Source: Chiloscyllium plagiosum (lineage: Eukaryota). From it: a DNA stretch of 45,371 nucleotides. The notes under the pieces were generated by a model. That model did no database searches, was not told where the DNA came from, and saw only the letters and a list, made by a program, of their open reading frames with translations. This document shows, piece after piece, positions 35,497 to 45,371 of this stretch (position 1 is the first letter of the stretch; the number at the start of each line of letters is the position of its first letter). The stretch is taken from assembly GCF_004010195.1 (NCBI RefSeq), contig NC_057756.1, forward strand, positions 4,932,728-4,978,098, written 5' to 3'. The position numbers were made by a program, and so were the translations under genes.

Positions 35497-36158
35497 GCAA
35501 TAGACAATAGACAATAGGTGCAGGAGTAGGCCATTCAGCCCTTCGAGCCTGCACCGCCATTCAATATGATCATGGCTGATCATTCCTAATCAGTACCCTG
35601 TTCCTGCCTTATCTCCATAACCCTTGATTCCACTATCTTTGAGAGCTCTATCCAACTCTTTCTTAAATGAATCCAGAGACTGGGCCTCCACTGCCCTCTG
35701 GGGCAGAGCATCCCACACAGCCACCACTCTCTGGGTGAAGAAGTTTCTCCCCATCTCTGTCCTAAATGGTCTACCCCGTATTTTTAAGCTATGTCCTCTG
35801 GTTCGGNNNNNNNNNNNNNNNNNNNNNNNNNNNNNNNNNNNNNNNNNNNNNNNNNNNNNNNNNNNNNNNNNNNNNNNNNNNNNNNNNNNNNNNNNNNNNN
35901 NNNNNNNNNNNNNNNNNNNNNNNNNNNNNNNNNNNNNNNNNNNNNNNNNNNNNNNNNNNNNNNNNNNNNNNNNNNNNGTGGATAACCATACATTTATCCA
36001 CATTAAACTGCATCTGCCATGCATCTGCCCACTCACCTAACTTGTCCAGGTCACCCTGTAATCTCCTAACATCCTCATCACATTTCACCCTGCCACGCAG
36101 CTTTGTATCATCAGCAAATTTGCTAATGTTATTGCTGATACCATCTTCTATATCATTA
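35497..36158 (-). mobile_element. Young-looking CR1 3' fragment nested in the Tx1 element (contains a gap)
   Basis: LQGDLDKLGEWADAWQMQFNVDKC; RNFFTQRVVAVWDALP; (CTATTGT)n tail. Confidence 0.9.
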
Positions 36159-37011
36159 ACAGGCCCATGACTCCATCAGCTCGACCATCTCCTGTTGAAG
36201 GCCCTCTGCCCGAAATGTCGGTTCTCCCGCTCCTCGGATGTTTCCTGACCTGCTGTGCTTTTCCAGCACCGCGCCCTCGACTTTGACCACCAGCATCTGC
36301 AGTCCTCCCTTCTTCACTTTTCCCGCAGCTGCTGAGTATCCGGTATTCCTGTCGAGGTACACTTTGACGTTGGCCAGGGAATCCAATGTGGAAGCGCAAC
36401 GAGGTGCAGGGAACAGCACTCTAACATTTATTTAATATTTTGAAAATGTGCTGTATTCATAAGAATTGTCTTTANNNNNNNNNNNNNNNNNNNNNNNNNN
36501 NNNNNNNNNNNNNNNNNNNNNNNNNNNNNNNNNNNNNNNNNNNNNNNNNNNNNNNNNNNNNNNNNNNNNNNNNNNNNNNNNNNNNNNNNNNNNNNNNNNN
36601 NNNNNNNNNNNNNNNNNNNNNNNNNNNNNNNNNNNNNNNNNNNNNNNNNNNNNNNNNNNNNNNNNNNNNNNNNNNNNNNNNNNNNNNNNNNNNNNNNNNN
36701 NNNNNNNNNNNNNNNNNNNNNNNNNNNNNNNNNNNNNNNNNNNNNNNNNNNNNNNNNNNNNNNNNNNNNNNNNNNNNNNNNNNNNNNNNNNNNNNNNNNN
36801 NNNNNNNNNNNNNNNNNNNNNNNNNNNNNNNNNNNNNNNNNNNNNNNNNNNNNNNNNNNNNNNNNNNNNNNNNNNNNNNNNNNNNNNNNNNNNNNNNNNN
36901 NNNNNNNNNNNNNNNNNNNNNNNNNNNNNNNNNNNNNNNNNNNNNNNNNNNNNNNNNNNNNNNNNNNNNNNNNNTCGGAGGTTTCCACCTCCTGTTCTCT
37001 CCCATCCTTAC

Positions 37012-37156
37012 CAAGGGCACCGTGGCTGGGTCTACCTGGCCCTGACTTTGAATACGTGTTGAATTTTCAGTGAACGTTGAGACTGAAGAGTTTGTGCGGA
37101 AGGAGGAATTTGCCTCAGGACAGGATATGGGAATGTGAGAGTATGTGTGGTTCATC
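37012..37156 (-). CDS. Candidate orphan internal exon (145 bp), gene unidentified
   Basis: ATGTTTCAG| ... TTG|GTAAGG; only one frame open: MNHTYSHIPISCPEANSSFRTNSSVSTFTENSTRIQSQGQVDPATVPL. Confidence 0.35.
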
Positions 37157-37479
37157 CTGAAACATAATACTTGCTGTGTGATCTGAGGAACGAGAGTGCG
37201 TGCAGGTGGGTCTCCAAGTGGCAAGAATTTGCATGCTTTACTAAGCGCCTCTGACTTCTGGACCTGAACAAATGATTCACCATCTGTTCCACGTCGTTCA
37301 GCCTGCTTATAAGTATCAGCTGGGAAGTGTACCATGATTCAGCGCACAGCAAGATCCCACACCAGCAGCGACGTAATGGCTCGAGCGAGTTAATCTTTTT
37401 TGCTGTTGACCGTGGGTCAAGACGACTCAGTCCGTGTAATTTGTAACTATGTTTGTACAAATTTGTCATAGGACACCCC

Positions 37480-38337
37480 GGGGGCGCAGTGGTTAGCAAT
37501 GCTGCCTCACATCGCTAGGGACCCAGGTTCAATTCCAGCCTCGGGCGACTGTCTGTGAGTTTGCACATTCCCCTCCCCTGTCTGCGTGGGTTTCCACAAT
37601 CCAAAGATGTGCAGGTAGGGTGGATTGGCCATGCTAAATTGTCCCATAGTGCCCAGGGATGTGCAGGTTAGGGTGGATTGGCCGTGCTAAATTGTCCCAT
37701 AGTGCCCAGGGATGTGCAGGTTAGGGTGGGTGGCCATGCTAAATTGTCCCATAGTGCCCAGGGAATGTGCAGTTAGGGTGGATGGGCCATGGTAAATTGT
37801 CCCATAGTGCCCAGGGATGTGCCGTTAGGGTGGATTGGCCATGCTAAATTGTCCTATAGTGTTCAGGGATGTGCAGTTAGGGTGGATTGGCCATGCTAAA
37901 TTGTCTCACAGTGTTCAGGGATGTGCAGGTTAGGGTGGATTGGCCATGCTAAATTGTCTCACAGTGTTCAGGGATGTGTAGGTTAGGGTGGATTGGCCGT
38001 GCTAAATTGTCCCATAGTGCCCAGGGATGTGCAGGTTAGGGTGGATTGGCCGTGCTAAATTGTCCCATAGTGCCCAGGGATGTGCAGGTTAGGGTGGATT
38101 GGCCGTGCTAAATTGTCCCATAGTGCCCAGGGATGTGCAGGTTAGGGTGGATTGGCCGTGCTAAATTGTCCCATAGTGCCCAGGGATGTGCAGGTTAGGG
38201 TGGATTGGCCGTGCTAAATTGTCCCATAGTGCCCAGGGATGTGCAGGTTAGGGTGGATTGGCCGTGCTAAATTACCCCATAGTGCCCAGGGATGTGCAGG
38301 TTAGGGTGGATTGGCCGTGCTAAATTACCCCATAGTG
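37480..38337 (+). repeat. HE1 SINE head running into a 53-bp tandem array (~14 copies, continues into gap)
   Basis: Unit GATGTGCAGGTTAGGGTGGATTGGCC(A/G)TGCTAAATTGTCCCATAGTGCCCAGG from ~37606. Confidence 0.95.
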
Positions 38338-39184
38338 NNNNNNNNNNNNNNNNNNNNNNNNNNNNNNNNNNNNNNNNNNNNNNNNNNNNNNNNNNNNNNN
38401 NNNNNNNNNNNNNNNNNNNNNNNNNNNNNNNNNNNNNNNNNNNNNNNNNNNNNNNNNNNNNNNNNNNNNNNNNNNNNNNNNNNNNNNNNNNNNNNNNNNN
38501 NNNNNNNNNNNNNNNNNNNNNNNNNNNNNNNNNNNNNNNNNNNNNNNNNNNNNNNNNNNNNNNNNNNNNNNNNNNNNNNNNNNNNNNNNNNNNNNNNNNN
38601 NNNNNNNNNNNNNNNNNNNNNNNNNNNNNNNNNNNNNNNNNNNNNNNNNNNNNNNNNNNNNNNNNNNNNNNNNNNNNNNNNNNNNNNNNNNNNNNNNNNN
38701 NNNNNNNNNNNNNNNNNNNNNNNNNNNNNNNNNNNNNNNNNNNNNNNNNNNNNNNNNNNNNNNNNNNNNNNNNNNNNNNNNNNNNNNNNNNNNNNNNNNN
38801 NNNNNNNNNNNNNNNNNNNNNNNNNNNNNNNNNNNNNNNNNNNNNNNNNNNNNNNNNNNNNNNNNNNNNNNNNNNNNNNNNNNNNNNNNNNNNNNNNNNN
38901 NNNNNNNNNNNNNNNNNNNNNNNNNNNNNNNNNNNNNNNNNNNNNNNNNNNNNNNNNNNNNNNNNNNNNNNNNNNNNNNNNNNNNNNNNNNNNNNNNNNN
39001 NNNNNNNNNNNNNNNNNNNNNNNNNNNNNNNNNNNNNNNNNNNNNNNNNNNNNNNNNNNNNNNNNNNNNNNNNNNNNNNNNNNNNNNNNNNNNNNNNNNN
39101 NNNNNNNNNNNNNNNNNNNNNNNNNNNNNNNNNNNNNNNNNNNNNNNNNNNNNNNNNNNNNNNNNNNNNNNNNNNNNNNNNNNN

Positions 39185-40355
39185 GGGCAAGATATAAAAG
39201 AGACCTCAGGGGCAACTTATTCACGCAGAGGGTGGTACGTGTATGGAATGAGCTGCCACAGGATGTGGTGGAGGCTGGTACAATTACAGCATTTAAGAGA
39301 CATCTGGATGGGTGTATGAATAGGAAGGGTTTGTAGGGATATGGGTCGGGTGCTGGCAGGTGGGACTAGATTGGGTTGGGATATCTGGTCGGCATGGACA
39401 GGTTGGACCGAAGGGTCTGTTTCCATGCTGTACATCTCTATCTCAGGCCAGAGGGAACAAGTGTTACAGTACATTGCAGAAGGGCTCAAGAATATTTGAA
39501 GGAAAGAATTTTCACCCAGAGGTGAGTGAGTCCCTTTCCAAGAGAGTGGGAGAGGCAGGAATTGTCAAAAAGGTTGGGATAAATTGCATTTTGCTAAAAC
39601 AAATGCATCAGGACGTATACAATTAATGGTGGGGTCCTTGGTAGTGCTGTAGAACAGATAGACCTCAGGGTTCATGCCCATAATTCTTTGAAATTTGTGA
39701 CAGGGTGGTTAAGAAGGGGTTTAGCATACTTGCCTTTGTTACTCAGAGCTGTGAGTATCAGAGTTGGGACATCAGGTTGAGGTTGTACAGGACATTGGTG
39801 AGTCCTCGTCTGGAATACTGTGTCCCGTTCTGGTCTCCCTGTTATCGGAACGATATTATTAAACTGGGGAGAGTTCAGAAAAGTTTTACCAGGATGTTGC
39901 CGGGATTGGAAGGTTTGACTTATAAGGAGAGGCTGGAAAGGCTGGGACTTTTTTCACTGGAGCGTAGGAGGTTGAGGGGTGACCTCATAGAGGTTTATAA
40001 AATTGTGAGGGTCATAGATAAGGTGAACAGCAGATATTTTTTTCCCCTCGGGAAGGGGGATTTTGTGACTGGGAGACATATCTTTAAGGTGAGAGGAGAA
40101 GGATTTGAAAAAGACATGAGGGGCAACTTTTTTACACAGAGAGTGTTTCGTGTCTGGACTGAACTTCCTGAGGAAGTGGTGGTTGCGGAGACAGTTTAAC
40201 AGCCATTTGGATAAGGCCAAGAATCGGAAATGTTTGGAGGGATATGGGCCAGGAGCAGGCAGCTGGGAGTGGGTTAGTTTGGGATTGTGGTGAGCAGGGA
40301 CTGGTTGGGCCGAAGGGTCTGTTTCCGTGCTGTCGGGCTGTATGGCTACGGCTCT
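39185..40355 (+). mobile_element. CR1 3' fragments
   Basis: RDLRGNLFTQRVVRVWNELP; ORF 39705-40199 LYRTLVSPRLEYCVPFWSP. Confidence 0.9.
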
Positions 40356-40624
40356 AAGTATTTATAATGGAAATAAAAATGGGATTAGAACGGATGGTTC
40401 ATTGATGACCGGAACATCATGATGGGCCGAAGAGCCTGTTTCCATGTTGGAAATCCTCTATCACTCTCACAGGCCTTAGCCACTAATAATTAAACATCTC
40501 CTCAGACTGGTCATGGAAAAGAACACTAGCTGAAAGGACTGCTGGTGATTGGTAACCCAGAACCCAATACAATGCATGGCTTGGGGGTTAGCTGGAACAT
40601 TCCGGATCACTGCACGGTCTGTCA

Positions 40625-41530
40625 GAGAGTCATAGAGATGTACAGCACGGAAACAGACCCTTCGGTCCAACTCATCCGTGCTGACCAGATATGCTAAATT
40701 AATCTAGTCCCATTTGTCAGCACTTGGCCCATATCTCTCTAAACCCTTTCTATTCATATACCCATCCAGATGCCTCCTCCTCCTCCTCCACCACTTCCTC
40801 TGGCAGCTCATTCCATACACGCAGCACCCTCTGCTCGAGTTCTGGACTCCCCGACCCCAGGGAATAAGACCTTGTCTCTATCTTCTATCAATGCCCCTCA
40901 TGATTTTATAAGCCTCTATAAGGTCACCTCTCAGCCTCCGACGCTCCAGGGAAAACAGCCCCAGCCTGTTCAGCCTCTCCCTATAGTTCAAGTCCTCCAA
41001 CCCTGGCAACTTCCTTGTAAATCTTTTCTGAACCCTTTCAAGTTTCACAAAATCTTTCCTGTAGCTAGGAGACCAGAATTGCACGCAATATTCCGACAGT
41101 GGCCTAACCAATGTCCTGTACAGCCACAACATGACCTCCCAACTCCTGTACTCAATACTCTGACCAATAAAGGAAAGCATACCAAACACCCTCTTCACTA
41201 TCCTATCTGCTGATAATAGAATAGTGCAGGTTAGCTGGGCTTTAGATTGGTTTCACAGGTGGGTGCAACATCGAGGACCGAAGGGCCTGTACTGTGCAGT
41301 AACGTTCTATGTTCTATCTACCTGCGACTCTACTTTCAAGGATCTATGAACCTGCGCTTCACGGTCTCATGATCCACATCACTCCCCAGGATCCAACCAA
41401 TAAGTGTATAAGTTCTGCTCTGATTGGCTTTTCTAAAATGCAGCAGCTCGCAATTATTTATATTAAACTCCATCTGCCACTCCTCGGCCCATTGGCCCAT
41501 GAGATCAAGATCCTGTTGTACTCTGAACTG
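40625..41530 (-). mobile_element. CR1 3' fragment with a small plus-strand CR1 tail insert (~41210-41315)
   Basis: ORF 40878-41198 LYRTLVRPLSEYCVQFWSP...LRGDLIEAYKIMRG. Confidence 0.9.
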
Positions 41531-41689
41531 ATCGATGATGCCAGAACTCTTGAAGGAGCAGTGGGATTTGAGGATCTGTGTCTCGGAAGGGAGGAGACGG
41601 CAGTGACAAAGTCAAGAAACAGCTTGGAAAGCTGCCACAGAAAGTGAAGAACTGCGTCTATGGCTTAACCTCTCGAAATACAACCAGAA

Positions 41690-42390
41690 GACATTAAGAC
41701 ATAGGAGTGGGAGTAAGGCTATTTGACCTATCGAGTCCACTCCGCCAATCAATCATGGCTGATGGGCATTTCAACGCCACTTACCCGCACTCTCCCCGTA
41801 GCCCTTAATTCCTTGCAAGATCAAGAATTTATTGAAAATACTTAACGTCCCGACCTCCACTGCGCTCCGTGGCAATGAATTCCACAGGCCCACCACTCTC
41901 TGGCTGAAGAAATGTCTCCTCATTTCCGTTCTAAATTGACCCCCTCTAATTCTAAGGCTGTGCCCACGGCCCCTCGTATTCCCTCCTGACGGAAACAAAT
42001 TCTCAGCGTTCACTCTTTCTAAGCCTTGCCTTATCTTTTAAGTTTCTATTTAAGTTCAACCTTCTAAACTCTAATGAATACAATCCCAGCATCTTCAGCC
42101 GTTCATTGTATGTTAAGCCTACCGTTCCAGGGATCATCCATGTGAATCTCTGCTGGACACGCTCCAGTTGCTGGTATGTTCTTCCTGAGGTGTGGGGCCC
42201 AAAACTGGACACAGTATTCTAAATGGGGCCTAACTAGAGCTTTATAAAGTCTTAGTGCTTTTACATTCCAAACCCCTTGAGATAAATGACAACATTATAT
42301 TTGCTTTCTTAACCATGGACTCAATCTGCAAGTTAACCTTTAGAGATTCTTGGACTAGCGTTCCCAGATCCCTTTGTGCTTTGGCCCTTC
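41690..42390 (-). mobile_element. CR1 3' fragment
   Basis: [31 protein letters not shown]. Confidence 0.88.
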
Positions 42391-43389
42391 TGAAATATCT
42401 CCGCAGCCTGCTTTCACTTTGGGAAGGGGAAGCTCACGTTTAGATCATTGTGAGGACTCGTTGCCACTTGAGGCTTTAAGTACCTGGAGAGGACCCTGAG
42501 GAGTGTGGGAGCGCGTTGATGGCAATGTTTGGGTGTGATTCCCAGCACGGGTGAAAGGAGAGAGGACAAACAACGAGGAGAAACAAGAGGCGAATCGACC
42601 GAACAAAAAAAAAAGCAGCAAAACAAAAACAGCGTACGCTGGGAATCCCGAAATTGCTGGAGAAACTCAGCAGTTATGCAGGCATCCGTGGAGAGAAAGC
42701 AGAGTTTACATTTTGGGTCCACTGAGCCTTCTGGGATTACTGTAAACTCCAGAGGGTAGAGGTGTAGCCTATCGAGCTTTTCCTCATAAGAAAATCCACT
42801 CTTTTTTTAATCTAGTGAGCCTTCCCTAGATTCCCGTATCCTTCAGTACTGAAGATACAATGCTCCAGATGTGGTCTCACCAATGGACCTGTATAACTAA
42901 AGTATAACAGCCCTCTTGCATTCAAGGCCCCTCACAATAAATGATTACATCCAACTGGCTTTCCCTGGTTACTTGCTGTGCCTGCACACTAACTTTCTGC
43001 CCTACGACATCCAGATCCCCCCCTGGCATTCTCTCACTGTTTAAATAATAGGCTTCTGCATTATTCTCACTGCCAAAATGCACAGGAATGAAATAATCTT
43101 TCTGCTTCGTGTCCCTCTCACTTTTAAGTAACTGCATTAATCGATGGAGCGTGTTTACTCTGGAGAGCACGCATTAGAATTTTTGAAACACTACAGTGTG
43201 GAAACATGCCCTTCGCCCCAGCAAGTCCACACCGACCATCCGCAGAGTAACCCACACAGATCCATTCCCCTATTACACCACATTTATCCTGGACTAATGC
43301 ACGTACCTACACATCCCCGAACACTATGGGCAATTTAGCACAGCCAATCCACCCTAATCTTAATGACTCCCGATTGAATGAGTCCTGCT

Positions 43390-44572
43390 CAAGTGGTTAG
43401 CACTGCTGCCTCACGGCGCCAGGGACCGGGGTCCATTTCCAGTCTCGGGGGACAGTCTGATTGAAGTTTGCACATTCTCGCCGTGTCTGCGAGGGTTTCC
43501 TCTGGGTGCTCCGGTTTCCACCCATAGTCCAAAGGTGTGCAGGTCAGGGTGGATCAGCCATGCAAAATTGTCCCATAGTGTCAAAGTATGTGTAGATTAG
43601 GGTGGATTGCCCATGCTAAATTGTCCCTTAGTGCCCAGGGATGTGCAGGTTAGGGTGAATTGGCCATGGTAAATTGTCCCATAGTGCCCAGGGATGTGCA
43701 GGTTAGGGTGGATGGGCCATGCAAAATTGTCCCATAGTGTCCAAGTATGTGTAGATTAGGGTGAATTGGCCATGGTAAATTGTCCCATAGTGCCCAGGGA
43801 TGTGCAGGTTAGGGTGGATTGGCCATGCTAAATTGTCCCATAGAGTCCAGGGATGTGCAGGTTAGGGTGAATTGGCCATGGTAAATTGTCCCATCGTGCC
43901 CAGGGATGTGTAGGTTAGGGTGGATTGGTCATGCTAAATTGTCCCATCGTGGCCAGGGATGTGCAGGTTAGGGTGGATTGCCATGCTAAATTGCCCACAG
44001 TGTTCAGGGATATGCAAGTTAGGGTGGATTGGCCATGTTAAATTGCCCATTGTGCCCAGGGATGTGCAGGTTAGGGTGGATTGCCATGCTAAATTGCTCA
44101 CAGTGTTCAGGGATGTGCAGGTTAGGGTGGATTGGCCATGCTAAATTGTCCCATAGCATTCAGGGATTTGTAGGTTAGGGTGGATTGGCCATGCTAAATT
44201 GTCCCATGGAGTCCAGGGATGTACAAGTTAGGGTGGTTTGGCCATGCTAAATTGTCCCATAGTGCACAGGGATGTGTAGGTTAGGGTGGATTGGCCATGC
44301 TAAATTGTCCCATAGTGTCCAGGGATGTGCAGGTTATGGTGGATTGGCCATGCTAAATTGTCCCATAGTGCCCAGGGATGTGCAGGTTAGGGTGGATTGG
44401 CCATGCTAAATTGTCCCATAGTACCCAGGGATGTGCAGGTTAGGTGCATTTGTCAGAAGTAAATGTAGAATAATAGGTTAGGGGAATGGGTCTGTTTGGG
44501 TTAATCTTCGGAGGGTCGGTGTGGACTTGTTGGGCCAAATGGCATGTTTCCACACTGTCGGGATTCTATGAT
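43390..44572 (+). repeat. Complete HE1 SINE with an internal 53-bp tandem expansion (~17 copies)
   Basis: SINE head at 43390-43535, array at ~43535-44445, normal SINE 3' part at 44445-44572. Confidence 0.95.
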
Positions 44573-44769
44573 ACACACGGCTGATCAGATGGCTTGCTGT
44601 TTTAATCATTTCTCAGTTGTTCATGGGATGTTGCTGTTTTCCCATTTCTGACTGGCCCTCGAGGAGGTAGTCTTTGGCTGCCTTCATTAATCATTGCAGT
44701 CCTTTCAGAAGTCCTTTCATTGGAGCAAAATATAGGGGGGATGTCAGAGGTCGGTTCTTTACAGAGTTA

Positions 44770-45371
44770 TAGAGTCATAGAGATGTACAGCATGGAAACA
44801 GACCCTTCGGTCCAACCCGTCCATGCCGACTAGATATCTCAACCCAATCTAGTCCCACCTGCCAGCACCCGGCCCATATCCCTCCAAACCCTTCCTATTC
44901 ATAGACCCATCCAAATGCCTCTTAAATGTTGCAATTGTACCAGCCTCCACCACTTCCTATAGCAGCTCATTCCATACACATACCACCCTCTGTGTGAAAA
45001 TGTTGCCCCTTAAGTCTCATTTATATCATTCCCCTTTCACCTTAAACCTATGCCTTCTAGTTCTGGACTCCCCGACCCCAGGGAAAAGACCGTGTCTGTT
45101 TACCTGATCCATGCCCCTCATGACTTTATGAACTTCTATAAGGTCACCCTTCAGCCTCTGATGCTCCAGGGAAAACAGCCCCAGTCTATTCAGCCTCTCC
45201 CTGTAGCTCAAATCCTCCAACCCTGGCAACATCCTTGTAACTCTTTTCTGAACCCTTTCAAGTTTCACAACATCTTTCCGATAGGAAGGAGACCAGAATT
45301 GCACGCAATATTCCAACAGTGGCCTAACCAATGTCCTGTACAGCCGCAACATGACCTCCCAACTCCTGTAC
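44770..45371 (-). mobile_element. CR1 3' fragment, runs off the window
   Basis: ORF 45026-45352 [24 protein letters not shown]. Confidence 0.93.

Larger units (their letters stand above)
31585..36407 (-). mobile_element. Tx1-clade (L1 superfamily) non-LTR retrotransposon, degenerate ORF2, 5'-truncated, with nested inserts
   Basis: EN start RCASTLDSLANVKV..QE, WSHGP/IWSG, PFSD; RT CLISLDQE, SGVRLGCPL, LYMDDITVF (~33125); zinc knuckle ETVTHLLLEC; AATAAA + polyA at ~31587-31598; 15-bp TSD AGG(A/G)AACAGCACTCT at 31570 and 36408. Confidence 0.88.

Noticed and set aside
36325..36420. Host exon (AATGTTAG|AGTGCTGTTCCC...)
   Set aside because: Better explained as the Tx1 endonuclease N-terminus plus its target-site duplication
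27554..39336. Long ORFs containing X runs
   Set aside because: Artefacts of the N gaps at 27710-28196, 35807-35977, 36475-36974 and 38338-39184
42437..42482. Small minus-strand exon YLKPQVATSPHNDLN (CTCTCCAG| ... AAC|GTGAGC)
   Set aside because: Plausible splice sites, but short, unrecognisable and phase-incompatible with the 37156 acceptor; too weak to call
37606..44445. Telomeric repeat or CRISPR array
   Set aside because: TTAGGG occurs once per 53-bp SINE-derived unit, not in tandem, and there are no spacers

Overview
Repeat-dense vertebrate genomic DNA with four N-gaps and no intact, recognisable protein-coding gene. The repeats point to a cartilaginous fish (shark): HE1-type tRNA SINEs with (TCTAA)n tails, many CR1/HER1-type LINE 3' fragments, Penelope-like elements carrying minimal hammerhead motifs, a Tx1-clade L1 and LTR-like insertions. 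Most ORFs in the supplied track are CR1, Penelope, Tx1 or SINE debris. Hidden among the repeats on the minus strand is a tandem array of three paralogous gene remnants, about 6.2-6.6 kb apart. Each is a phase-1 signal-peptide exon plus a cysteine-less IgV-type exon of the CEACAM-N/CD2/HEPACAM style, and each is independently disrupted by frameshifts, stops, or a CR1 or SINE insertion. Other notable items: a CpG-rich segment at ~26.9-27.4 kb that reads either as a promoter or as a basic-site + transmembrane exon; an orphan exon at 37.0-37.2 kb; a palindromic hammerhead-bearing Penelope-type insertion; a TSD-bounded 4.8 kb Tx1 element whose RT sequence has seeded a 52-bp minisatellite; and three 53-bp expansions inside HE1 SINEs. 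Family assignments come from motif recognition only; no database search was run.
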